Below, in pieces: positions 39,711-50,844 of a stretch of 64,000 nt of DNA; within the stretch, counting starts at the first letter, position 1, and every line of letters begins with the position of its first letter. Location of the stretch: the NCBI GenBank assembly GCA_030390025.1, contig JASTWF010000034.1:5270001-5334000 (forward strand), written 5' to 3'. Both the position numbers and the translations under genes were made by a program. Source of the DNA: Squalus acanthias. Its lineage: Eukaryota. The notes below the pieces were generated by a model that was given only the letters and a program-made list of their open reading frames with translations, was not told the DNA's origin and ran no database searches.

Positions 39711-41121
39711 ATATATTTTTCTTGATTGAAAAGTACCCTGAAGTATTTCAGCCTGACTGTTTAAAATAACAACAATAAATCACATTTTTGTGATATGTTT
39801 TATATCTTAAGTATAGGGCTCCGAATTTGTTGGCTTTATCTAGATTCTATGAAAGTACCAATCTCATTCACAGGTCGGCTCTTGAGAGCGTCGATTAGTT
39901 CTGGAGGCCACACCAATGACTCATTCCTGCAGCACCAAGCATAAATACACTAGACCAGAATGAGAGGCCATTTTGTAACAGGCATTCGCTGGAAATTCGC
40001 AAACAAGCATATTTTAAATTTAAATGTAAATTTGAGGGTTTTTGTTTTTGGAAGACGGGGGCAATATATATTTAAGGTTTTCGGAATCTGAAGTTGTGTT
40101 AAGAGACATTAGCAAAGCCCTAAAAAGGAACCCGTTATCATCCACGCACGTTTAAGTGGCGGATTGATCCAGTATTATCACACGTTCAGTGTAATTGGGT
40201 CATATGTTTAAATCTGCTTTTATTCCTTAAAACAATAAGGCATCAGCCGTTTAAAAAAATATATTAAATTAACCATGTGCATTGCAGAGCACCTGGTGAG
40301 TGAGCATTGAAATATTTTGTGGTCACAGAAACCAAATTTTGAAATATTGGCTATATTTTTGGTGGTTGGAGAGAAAAAGGCAAAAAAAGGCATCAAATTA
40401 AAGCTGTTTATTTTGATGCTGATCAAAATAACTAGCCTGTTGCCGGGTTTGGGTTGCGGTGAAAAGACGTGGCCCTCTTCCCCTGGCCAAGCTTACCCCC
40501 CCCCCCCCCCGCCCCTCCCAACCCCACAAACACAAACATCGGGGTTTAAATCTCACCGCCAACGCTGGGATGTGGGCCCGAGACACAGGCAGAGATAAAG
40601 TCTTCCAGTGGGCAGGGCTTCGGGGGTGTGGGGGGAAAATGGAGGCCCAGGAGCCCTCGATCAACAGCAGTGTCCCCAGGGCTCGGCTCACCCACAAACT
40701 CGCGGAGGCCCGGCGTGTGAGGTAGTTTTAATAAAAAATCAAAAACGGAATAGATCAACAGAAAGGACTGTGTGGAAATAGCTTTACTCTGTATCTAAAC
40801 CGTGATATGTCTGCTCTGTAAGTGTTTGATGAGGCGGTGTTGAGGGATCTCTATTTTGATCGAACCGGAGCTGTAGCTACCCTGGGAGCTTTTACTCGGG
40901 CAGTGTAGAGGGAAATTTACTCTGTATATGTGCCGTGCTGTACCTGTCCTGTCAGGGTTTGATGGAACAGTGCAAAAGGGAACTTTAATCTGTATCTAAC
41001 CCGTGCTGTACCTGCCCTGGGAGTGTTTATGGGACAGTGTAGAGATAGCTTTAATCTGTATCTAACCCGTGCTGTACCTGTCCTGGGAGTGTTTGATGGG
41101 ACAGTGTAGAGGCAGCTTTAG

Positions 41122-42770
41122 TCTTGGAGCAACTTCTTCTGTCAAAGCTGCAATGAGACTTGAGATTTTTAGTGATATTTTCACAATAAATAAATACTAA
41201 AAATACATTTTCCCTCTAATTGCTGATATGATTTTGGAAGGAACTGTAGCAAAAGTCAATTTCCCCTCACCTAAACAAGTTTCAAACAGGTCTTGAAGTC
41301 CAAATATTTTTAAAGAGGGTCTGAACTGCTTAAAACTGTTTTAAAATTTAAATTTCTCAATATTTGATTTTGAGTGATCGAGTGAAGTGAGTAGCTTTAC
41401 ACAAACATGCAACCATGGTGTTGAGGAGGGGGAGGGCAGGGAAGGGTTTGTAGGAGTTACATATTATTTTTTAATGACATTTAAAAAAATTACCATTAAG
41501 ACATTTAGGAGGAGAACCAAAAAAGGGGAAAAACACAAACCATTTCATTTTGTCTGTCGTTCTATAGTCCAAACAATAATGTAAATATAGATTTCCTCTT
41601 AAGCATTTATTGGAGTGTTTATAGAAACAAGAGATATGTGATGATGTATAAGAATTCACGATATTTGAGTGTTTAAAATTGACTGGGATATTGATACAGA
41701 GAATGTTTCAGACATTCCTGCATTGCGGAACGGTGTGAGCTCTTTGCATTAGCAGGAAATGGGATTGTTGAAAGGAGATGCGGATTTTGTTTGTTTGAAT
41801 AGGGTGAGAATCAGATCGTGTCTGACTAACTTCAAACTCTTCAAACACATGAAGGAACTAGAGATGGGGGCAATACACAAACCTGAGACCCCAGACAAGG
41901 GCCGAAGGAAGGTTTGTTCACAGATTAACCATTCTCCAGGCTGATAGTTTCGGGGTGATGTCATTCTGGAGGCCTGGGCAAACAATACAGAAAACACGAG
42001 TTCAAATCCCTCCCTGGGCTGTTGTGAATTTGAATTCTGTTCTTTTGAAATAAAATAAATCTGGAATAAGAAAACTTCCAAAACAGGATGACTCACTCCC
42101 GCCTGGTCCTGTGCAGCCGAGTGTGCCGGACAGCACAAGGCGGGAGTGAATTGTTGCCTTTTACCCGCTGTGTGTACTGTATAAAGATACAGATTAAAGC
42201 GTGTATATTTTGCTGTTTGTGTGTGTGTGTATATATTGGAGATGGATTTTGGATATATTTTAAGATGGAGATCTAAAGATAAAAATAAGGAGCGTTTAAA
42301 ATCGGGGTTGTTAATAGAAACAAGATTTATGTAATGAAGTATAAGAATTGCAGGAACCTACTTTAGAAGAAGCCACTCTTTGTTAATTGAGAAAGACACA
42401 GAAAATACGTTGATTAAACTGATAACGTACAATTCAATTGGGATTGAATGATTGAAATAGGAGATTAAAAATTGAGTGAACAATGAAGTTTGTTTGTTTG
42501 TTTCCCGATTTTCGTGGGGAAGAACCTAAAATAATTCAACGCTTTTCATGATAAGAGCAGGGATTAATATTTTGGAGAATGTCTGAGAGAAAAACATTAG
42601 AAGCGAAATAGGTAAATTATTAATCTTTAATTTAACATATGAATAAACATCTCCAAGTCAGTCTGACTGGTTCCGCTGTCCAGGAAGAAAGACAGATGAT
42701 TATTTCTGTTCAGTCATAGATTTTCCTGCTTTGTGTTTATAATTAAGTGACGCAAATTTTGTTTATATTT
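41122..42770 (+). repeat. Third partial copy of the duplicated AT-rich segment, with a ~650-bp insertion
   Basis: CTTGGAGCAACTTCTTCTGTCAAAGCTGCAA matches 51945 onward; insertion at about 41660-42310. Confidence 0.85.
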
Positions 42771-43729
42771 GTGAATTGTAAATTAACAACAATCAGTCAC
42801 ATTTCTGTGACAATTTTTACGTCTTAAAAGATTGCATTTGTGGCTCAGAATCAGTATGATAGCTTTGCAGAGGCAGGAAATGGCATTGTAGATTGGAGGT
42901 GCAGTTTTTTCCCAGGGCAGCACCCTGGCCAGGGACATGCTTTTCCTGATCTGCTGCATCCTGTGTAGATCAGAAACAAGTTAAGGTATTCATATTAATC
43001 GCCCCAAGACAATGAAATGGGTAAACAATGTCTGATCAACGCCAGAGACTTCCAGCAGGAGATGGTGGAATATATAAAACCCAAGGTTCCCAGACCAGAT
43101 GAGGCAGCAGGTGTTGGCACACATTATAGTTCTGCATCTCTTGTGTCTTTGGAGCAGGTTCAGTTTAACTTTAAAATGACTCTCTCAAATAATAGGCCTG
43201 AGAGAGATCCTGACAGAAATTAAGAACAGACATTCTGAGAGTTTCAAAGAAAGAGGTGTAGAGATTTCAAGAAATACAAAATTATAAAGTAATAAAGGAA
43301 AGGTACAGAGAGATATAGAAATATAAAGCGAGATCGATATACAGAGAGACACATAGAGAGAGAGATGTACAGAGATATAAAGGAAACTGTAGAAATACAG
43401 AGCTATAATGAAAAACATTAGAGATACAGGACACCAGTCTTCGTACAATCTGCACGTGTGCCCCACTGGTCTCAGAATGTAACCCAGGGACCCTCACGGC
43501 CTGTCTCTCCAAATCTAAGTAAAACATCTTTCATTCTCTTATTTCATCACTCCCAAATTCCCAGCGAACCAGTGAGAGAAACTGAGGACAAGAAAGCAGA
43601 TAGTAAGAAATACAAAGAGTGCGATCAAGAAAAGAAGTAGAAAGAGTTATGGAGAGATTAAGGTGCAGAAAGAAATTAAAGGAGAGATGGATGTTTAGGT
43701 AAAGAGAAAGATGGAGAACTAAATATAAA

Positions 43730-43960
43730 ATTACAGAGCGATTAAATTCGGGGATGCGCAAGAGGCCAGAATTGGAGGTGCGCAGATATCTCAAAAGGTT
43801 TTAGGGACGGAGGAGGCTACAGCGATAGGGAGGGGCAAGGCGAATATTAAAATTGAAGCGTTGCCAGGCCGGGAGTTAATGTAGGTCAGCGAGCACAGGG
43901 GTGATGGGTGAAAGGGACTTGGTGCGAGTTAGGAGAAACAAAGGCATGGATGAGGGTTTG
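43730..43960 (-). mobile_element. L2-type LINE fragment
   Basis: Translation RYLRTSNSGLLRIPEFNRS and upstream KSLSPITPVLADLH-like sequence. Confidence 0.65.
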
Positions 43961-44715
43961 AGTAGGTCACTCTACAATTTCACATCAATCACTGCTGGCA
44001 GGTACAGCACTGGTTAGATACAGATTAAAGCTGTTTCTACACTGTCACATCAATCACTCCTGGCAGGTACAGCACGAGTTAGATACATATTAAAGCTGTT
44101 TCTACACTGTCACATCAATCACTCGCTGGCAGGTACAGCACAGGTTAGATACAGATTAATGCTCTCTCTACACTGTCCCATCAAACACTCACTGGGTCGG
44201 TACAGCATTGTGAGATACAAGTAAAAGTGTTTCTGCTGCTGTGGAGTTGGACTCTGTAACAAGTGATCCTGTGTACAGTGTGTCTCTCCCAGCGTGGAGT
44301 CGAACTCTGTAACAAGTGTGCCTGTGTTCAGTGTGTGTGTCTCCAATTGTGGAGTCGGACTCTGTAACAAGTGTGCCTGCATTCAATGTGTGTCTCTCCC
44401 AGCGTGGAGTCGAACTCTGTAACAAGTGTCCCTGTGTACAGTCTGTGGTAACACAATACAGCTTCCTGTGACTCGAACTTTATTGCATCACTTCCTGTGA
44501 TTAGTCCAGGATAAATACTGGACTGATCAGTTGGATCCTGGAGAGGCATAGAGTAAGACCTCTTTTGTATGTAGCACCTTTTTAGTTGATTAAAGCTTTC
44601 TTTAAGTTCACCACGCGTAAGGCTCATTCTTACGACAATTTAATCAACTTTGAAAAACTTCGCACTCAAACTTTTTGGACGAACTCGGAACTAAGGATCC
44701 AGGGAATCATCCATC

Positions 44716-46440
44716 ATGGAAAACATCCTTAAACCATCGCGTCTTGACTTGGACCCAAACACCCGAGCAGCCGGTAAGGTGTGGAAACACTGGTATCGCA
44801 CGTTTGACAATTTTCTTGAATATTGTAAGGTAGATGATGACTCAAAGTTGCGGATACTCATCAACAGTGTCACCCCGAATGTATTTCAGTATGTGGAGGA
44901 ATGGGGCAGTTACGAGGAGGCAATTCGGTCGCTTAAGAGACTATATACTAAGACACCGAATGAGGTCTATGCCAGACATCTACTAGCTACAGCCCAAAAA
45001 GGGCCGGAGGAATCCATTGATAAATTCCTCCAAGAGCTTCGCAGACTTAGTATGGACTGTAACTTTCAGGCGGCCTCAGCTGAGCTGTACCGTGAAGAAA
45101 TGATCCGTGATGCTTTCATCTGCGGGCTTGCCTCCCCATTTATACGCCAGCGTCTACTGGAAAGTAAGACACTTGAGCTTCAGCGAGCTTATGACATGGT
45201 TTGCTCTCTAGATCTGGCGAAAAGAAATGCAGACCTTTATACAGTGCCCAGACCTCGGTCTACTGCCTTAACTACAGTCAGACAATTTAAGAGGCCACAA
45301 GTGAACTCTATTAGGGAGGTCTTTATCCCTGACGATCAATCTGATGACTTCACTGATGAAGAGGATGATTACCCCACTGTGGCAGCCTCTTGGCAATCTA
45401 AGAAATGCTTCTTTTGTGGTGATGAGTTTCACCCTCGGAAATTCTGCCCTGCTCGCAATGCATTTTGCAATCATTGCAATAAAAAGGGTCATTTTGCAAA
45501 GGTTTGCCTATCAAGAGCCTCTACGAGGGCTTATCAAGCTAAGTCCTACCGAACTGCCCCGGTAAGGTCCTATCAAGATGTTCCGGCTAAAATCTATCGT
45601 GCTTCCTCTTGGGTTTCCTCTCGAAGAAACACACCTAGAGTTTCAGCCACTCTTTGTGCAACGACACCAATTACAGCTGCTTGTCCTCAGAACATATTCC
45701 ATGCAGCTACAAAAGCATCAATTAATGGACATACTTTAGATGCCTTAATTGACTCAGGTAGCACTGATAGTTTCATTAGGGAACAGATTGTTGCAGAGTT
45801 AAAGCTACATGTTTTCCCATCGGACCAGGCAATTGCGATGGCTCAGTCATCACTTAATACCAGAATTTCTAGCTTTTGTATGTTTGAAATAACACTTAAT
45901 GGTCACAGGTATGCCTCCACCCGGCTTTCGGTGCTCAAGGACTTATGTAGTGATCTTATCTTAGGGCTGGATTTTCAAAAGCAGCATAAGAAGCTCACCA
46001 TTGAGTTCGGCGGATCCAAACCTGAACTCACTATTTCTAATATACTACCTCGATTACCGTTCTGTGCATTGTCAGCAGCTTCACTGGATGAACCCTCACT
46101 GTTTACCAGTATCCCTCCTCGATGCAAACCGATTATAACAAAGTCACGACGTTTCAGTCAGGAAGACCAGTCTTTTATTGCGGCTGAGATTTCTCGGCTT
46201 TTAGCAAAAGATATCATCGAGCCTTGTTCGTCGCCATGGCGCGCCCAGGTCGTTATTTTTAAGAACCCTCTACAACCTCACAAGAAACGGCTGTGCATTG
46301 ACTATTCACAGACCATCAATCAATATACGGACTTGGACGCATACTCATTGCCGCGCATCGATGATATGGTTAATAAACTGGCTGAGTACACGGTGTTCTC
46401 AACATATGATCTGAAAAGTGCCTATCATCAGGTACCTTGA
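44716..46440 (+). CDS. Gypsy gag-protease-RT N-terminal part (frameshifted polyprotein)
   Basis: Two zinc knuckles (CFFC..H...C and CNHC...GH....C); protease LIDSGS; RT motifs SPW and DLKSAYHQ. Confidence 0.92.
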   Translation: MENILKPSRLDLDPNTRAAGKVWKHWYRTFDNFLEYCKVDDDSKLRILINSVTPNVFQYVEEWGSYEEAIRSLKRLYTKTPNEVYARHLLATAQKGPEESIDKFLQELRRLSMDCNFQAASAELYREEMIRDAFICGLASPFIRQRLLESKTLELQRAYDMVCSLDLAKRNADLYTVPRPRSTALTTVRQFKRPQVNSIREVFIPDDQSDDFTDEEDDYPTVAASWQSKKCFFCGDEFHPRKFCPARNAFCNHCNKKGHFAKVCLSRASTRAYQAKSYRTAPVRSYQDVPAKIYRASSWVSSRRNTPRVSATLCATTPITAACPQNIFHAATKASINGHTLDALIDSGSTDSFIREQIVAELKLHVFPSDQAIAMAQSSLNTRISSFCMFEITLNGHRYASTRLSVLKDLCSDLILGLDFQKQHKKLTIEFGGSKPELTISNILPRLPFCALSAASLDEPSLFTSIPPRCKPIITKSRRFSQEDQSFIAAEISRLLAKDIIEPCSSPWRAQVVIFKNPLQPHKKRLCIDYSQTINQYTDLDAYSLPRIDDMVNKLAEYTVFSTYDLKSAYHQVP

Positions 46441-48671
46441 AGGTCTCAGACAAGCAGTATACGGCCTTTGAAGCCAATGGACGGCTGTATCAATTTCGTC
46501 GCCTCCCCTTTGGGGTCACTAATGGAGTGGCTGTCTTCCAGCGAGCAATGGATGACCTGGTCAAACAGGAAGACTTGAAGGATACGTTTCCTTATCTGGA
46601 CAATATTACTGTCGCAGGTCGCAATCAGCGGGAACATGACGCCAATCTCCAACGATTTTGGGATGCACTCCAGCACCGTTATTTGACATTAAATGCGGCT
46701 AAATCCATTGAGTCACAACCAACCATCAACATCCTTGGCTATTGTGTGGGCAATGGCATCATTAAACCTGACCCTGAAAGGCTTCGCCCACTCCAAGAAC
46801 TCCCGCCACCTAAGAATCCGGCCTCCTTGCGCCGGGCCCTCGGCCTGTTTGCATACTATGCTAAATGGATTCCTAACTTCTCGGACCGAATCCAACCTCT
46901 ACTGAAGGCCAGCACATTCCCACTAGACACAGCGGCTGTTGCAGCCTTTAACCTCCTGAAAAAACAGTTGGAGAAAGCGACTCTTCACTCCATCGATGAA
47001 AGTCTTCCTTTTGTTGTTGAGTGTGATGCCTCGGAGGTGGCGATCTCGGCCACTCTGAATCAGGAAGGTCGTCCGGTGGCATTTTTGTCCAGGACTTTTC
47101 AAGGGGCTGAGCTACATTATCCTCCAGTCGAGAAAGAAGCTACAGCCATCATAGAGGCAGTACGGAAGTGGAGTCATCTCCTAGCTCGCCAGCACTTTAC
47201 CTTAATCACGGACCAGCGATCGGTCGCCTTCATGCTCGATAATCGAAAACGGACCAAAATTAAAAATAATAAAATCCAGCTTTGGCGGCTGGAATTGGCC
47301 TCTTTTGGTTACACCATCCACTATCGACCTGGCAAGGAGAATGTGGCTCCGGATACCCTCACACGAGCATTCTGCTCCGCCATGGCACCCTCTACGCTCG
47401 TAGACATCCATGATGGTTTGTGTCATCCGGGCGTTACTCGCATGCTACACTTCGTGCGGTCCCGAAATCTCCCATTCTCTACCGGGGATGTAAAGAAGAT
47501 GTGCTCGGACTGCAGAGTCTGTGCGGAATTGAAACCTCAGTTTTTCCGCCCCTCGGGTCGTATACTCATACATGCGACCCAGCCAATGCAACGGCTTAGC
47601 ATCGATTTTATTGGGCCGTTGCCCTCTTCAACTCGCAACACTTATCTATTGACCATGGTCGATGAGTATTCCCGTTTTCCGTTTGCCTTTCCCTGCCCCA
47701 ATATGCTGACGACCACGGTTATCAGCTGCCTTGAGCAGGTATTTGCTTTCTGTGGCATGGCATCCTATGTTCATTCGGATCGGGGCCCTTCTTTTATGTC
47801 AGGAGAACTCAAGGCCTATCTCTCGGAACGGGGTATTGCTGCCAACAAAACAACGCCTTATCATCCGGTCGGGAATGGGCAAGTCGAGCGTTATAACGCT
47901 ATCATCTGGAATGCGGTACGTCTGGCTTTGAGATCTCGGGGCCTACCCAACCAGCAATGGGAAGCAGTACTTCCAGACGCATTACACTCCACACGGTCCC
48001 TCCTTTCGACTGCCACAAATACGATGCCTCATGAACGGTTCTTCCGATTTCAGCGTCGCTCATCCTATGGGATATCTCTCCCGTCGTGGCTGACTGCACC
48101 GGGACCAGTGCTACTCCGAAGATATGTCCGGGCGTCTAAGAATGACCCCCTGGTAGATGAGGTTGAGCTCACTGACGTCAACCCTACCTACGCCTATATT
48201 CGATATCCTGACGGTCGGGAATCTACCGTGTCATTGCGGGATCTGGCTCCCTGCCCGCCAAAACATAGAGGGACATCAGGGGATGATATTGTACCAGGCA
48301 CATCTCTGGGCTCGCCAGGTGCCTCTCATCACGATCTGGATCTGACGCCGGCTGGTACCTCACTCCAGCGTGCCGACCTGGGGCAGACTGACTATGAGCC
48401 CGTCGGGGCTCGCACGCGCAGCCACGATCCACCCTGTACCGTACGCTCGGAAACGGATCTGCCACAGCCCTGCCCGACACCCGTTCGGGCACCAGTACAC
48501 AGTCAGGATCGTCCTGACCCCTCACAGAGCGGGCTGGATCACTCGGACTCTGGTCTACGGCCCGCGGCGGGTAAACGGGCTAGGGGCCCTCTACCGCTAC
48601 GAGAACACAAACGGGTGCGGCTCTCCCTCGTCCAGCGGCTACGAAATGGAGGGAGCATCCCGGCCTCCTAA
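46437..48671 (+). CDS. Gypsy RT-RNase H-integrase part
   Basis: LPFG, YLDN, CDAS/EKEA/TDQ, HHCC zinc finger and the D-D-E triad (IDF, SDRG, VER). Confidence 0.93.
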   Translation: MKVSDKQYTAFEANGRLYQFRRLPFGVTNGVAVFQRAMDDLVKQEDLKDTFPYLDNITVAGRNQREHDANLQRFWDALQHRYLTLNAAKSIESQPTINILGYCVGNGIIKPDPERLRPLQELPPPKNPASLRRALGLFAYYAKWIPNFSDRIQPLLKASTFPLDTAAVAAFNLLKKQLEKATLHSIDESLPFVVECDASEVAISATLNQEGRPVAFLSRTFQGAELHYPPVEKEATAIIEAVRKWSHLLARQHFTLITDQRSVAFMLDNRKRTKIKNNKIQLWRLELASFGYTIHYRPGKENVAPDTLTRAFCSAMAPSTLVDIHDGLCHPGVTRMLHFVRSRNLPFSTGDVKKMCSDCRVCAELKPQFFRPSGRILIHATQPMQRLSIDFIGPLPSSTRNTYLLTMVDEYSRFPFAFPCPNMLTTTVISCLEQVFAFCGMASYVHSDRGPSFMSGELKAYLSERGIAANKTTPYHPVGNGQVERYNAIIWNAVRLALRSRGLPNQQWEAVLPDALHSTRSLLSTATNTMPHERFFRFQRRSSYGISLPSWLTAPGPVLLRRYVRASKNDPLVDEVELTDVNPTYAYIRYPDGRESTVSLRDLAPCPPKHRGTSGDDIVPGTSLGSPGASHHDLDLTPAGTSLQRADLGQTDYEPVGARTRSHDPPCTVRSETDLPQPCPTPVRAPVHSQDRPDPSQSGLDHSDSGLRPAAGKRARGPLPLREHKRVRLSLVQRLRNGGSIPAS

Positions 48672-49591
48672 TCTTTTGGGGGGGGGGGGAGAATGTGGTA
48701 ACACAATACAGCTTCCTGTGACTCGAACTTTATTGCATCACTTCCTGTGATTAGTCCAAGATAAATACTGGACTGATCAGTTGGATCCTGGAGAGGCATA
48801 GAGTAAGACCTCTTTTGTATGTAGCACCTTTTTAGTTGATTAAAGCTTACTTTAAGTTCACCACGCGTAAGGCTCATTCTTACGACACAGTCTGTGTCTC
48901 TGCTAGTGTGGAGTCGGACTCTGTAACAAGTGTCCCTGTGATTAGTGTGTGTCTCTCCCAGCGTGGAGTCGGACACTGTAACAAGTGTCCCTGTGTACAG
49001 TCTGTGTCTCTGCTGTTGTGGAGTCGGACTCTGTAACAAGAGTACCTGTGTACAGTGTGTGTCTCTGCTGATGTGGAGTCAGACTCTGTAACAAGTGTCC
49101 CTGTGTACAGTCTGTGTCTCTGCTGGTGTGGAGTCGGACTCTGTAACAAATGTTCCTGTGATCAGTGTGTGTCTCACCCAGTGAGGAGTCTGATTCTGTA
49201 ACAAGTATGCCTGTGTTCAGTGTTTGTCTCTGCTGGTGTGGAGTCGGACTCTGTAACAAGTGTGACTGTATACAGTGTGTGTCTCTGCTGGTGTGGAGTC
49301 GGAGTCTGTAACAAGTGTCCCTGTGTACAGTCTGTGTCTCTGCTGATGTGGAGTCGGACTCTGTAACAAGTGTCCCTGTGTACAGTCTGTGTCTCTGCTG
49401 ATGTGGTGTCGGACACTGTAACAAGTGTCCCTGTGTACAGTCTGTGTCTCTGCTGGTGTGGAGTCGGACTCTGTAGCAAGTGTCCCTGTGATCAGTGTGT
49501 GTCTCTCGCAGTGTGGAGTCGGACTCTGTAACAAGTATGCCTGCGTTCAGTGTGTGTCTCTCCCAGTTTGGAGTCGGACTCTGTAATAAGT

Positions 49592-50525
49592 AGAGACATA
49601 GAAAAATAGGAGCAGGGGTAGGCCAATCGGCCCTTCGAGCCTTCTCCGCCATTCAATATAATCATGGCTGATCCGCTATCTCAATACCATATTCCCGTTC
49701 TCTCCCCAAACCCCTTGAAGCCTTTTGTCTCCACAAATCTATCTATCTCCTCCTTAAATATATTCAGTGATTGGGCCTCCACAGCCTTTTGTGGTAGAGA
49801 ATTCCACAGGTTCACCACCCTCTGAGTGAAGAAATTACTCCTCATTTCAGTCCTAAATGTCCTACACCGTCTCCTGCGTCTGTGACCCCTCGTTCTAGAC
49901 CCCCCAGCCAGGGGAAACATCCTCCCTGCATCCATTCTGTCTAGCCCTGTCAGAGATTTATACGTTTTAATGAGATCCCCTCTCATTCTTCTAAACTCTA
50001 GTGAATACAAGCTTAGTCGACCCAATTTCTCCTCATACGACAGCCCTGCCATCCCAGGAAACAGCCTGGCGAACCTTCGCTGCACTCCCTCTTTGGCAAG
50101 TATATCCTTTCTTAGGTAAGGAGATCAAAACTGCACACAGTGCTCCAGGTGTGGTCTCACCAAGGCCCTGTATGTCTGTAGTAAGACATCCTTGCTCCTG
50201 TTCTCAAATCTTATTGTAATGAAGGCGAACATACCATTTGCCTTCCTAACTGCTTGCTGCACCTGCATGTTTGCTTTCAGTGACTGGTGTACAAGGACAC
50301 CCAGATCCCTTTGTACATCAACATTTCCCAATCTATCACCATTTCAATAATACTCTGCCTTTCTGTTTTTCCTACCGAAGTGGATAATTTCACATTGATG
50401 CACGTTATACTGCATCAGCCATGTATTTTCCCACACACCCAACTTGTCTAAATCGCCTTGAAGCCTCTTTGCATCCTCCTCACAACTCACAATCCCACCT
50501 ATTTTCGTGTCGTCAGCAAACTTGT
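49592..50525 (-). mobile_element. 5'-truncated CR1 LINE
   Basis: ORFs 49681-50085 and 50125-50331. Confidence 0.88.
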
Positions 50526-50844
50526 TTCCCTGTGTTAAGCGTGTGTCTCTGCTGGTGTGGAGTCGAACCCTGTAACCAGTATCCCTGTGTGAGGGAACTT
50601 AAACACAATTCGTGCTTAAACTGCCCTGGGAATGTTGAGGAGACAGTATAGCTGGAGCTTTACGCTGTATTTAAACGGTGCTGTACCTGCCCTGAGAGTG
50701 TTTGACAGGAGAGTGCAGACGGAGCTTTAATCTGTATCTAACCCATACTGTACTTGCGCTGGGAGTGTACCTGCATGCTGACTTTTTGTGATTCATGTAC
50801 AAGGACCCTCAGATCCCTCTGTACTTCAGCATTTTGTAATCTCT

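Larger units (their letters stand above)
44444..48887 (+). mobile_element. Full-length Ty3/Gypsy (Mag-like) LTR retrotransposon
   Basis: 194-bp LTRs at 44444-44637 and 48694-48887 (TG..CA, 2 differences seen); TSD CAGTC; PPT G12AGAA at 48678-48693. Confidence 0.97.
44228..49590 (+). repeat. 55-bp tandem repeat (GTGTGGAGTCGGACTCTGTAACAAGTGTCCCTGTGTACAGTCTGTGTCTCTGCTG) split by the Gypsy element
   Basis: Blocks at 44228-44443 and 48888-49590; one more unit near 50525-50590. Confidence 0.9.

Noticed and set aside
46430..46445. Programmed ribosomal frameshift in the Gypsy element
   Set aside because: The break is inside RT and has no slippery heptamer; an indel is more plausible
44228..49590. 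Regular repeats that might suggest a CRISPR array
   Set aside because: Head-to-tail units without unique spacers, no cas genes, and a vertebrate context; the same applies to the other arrays
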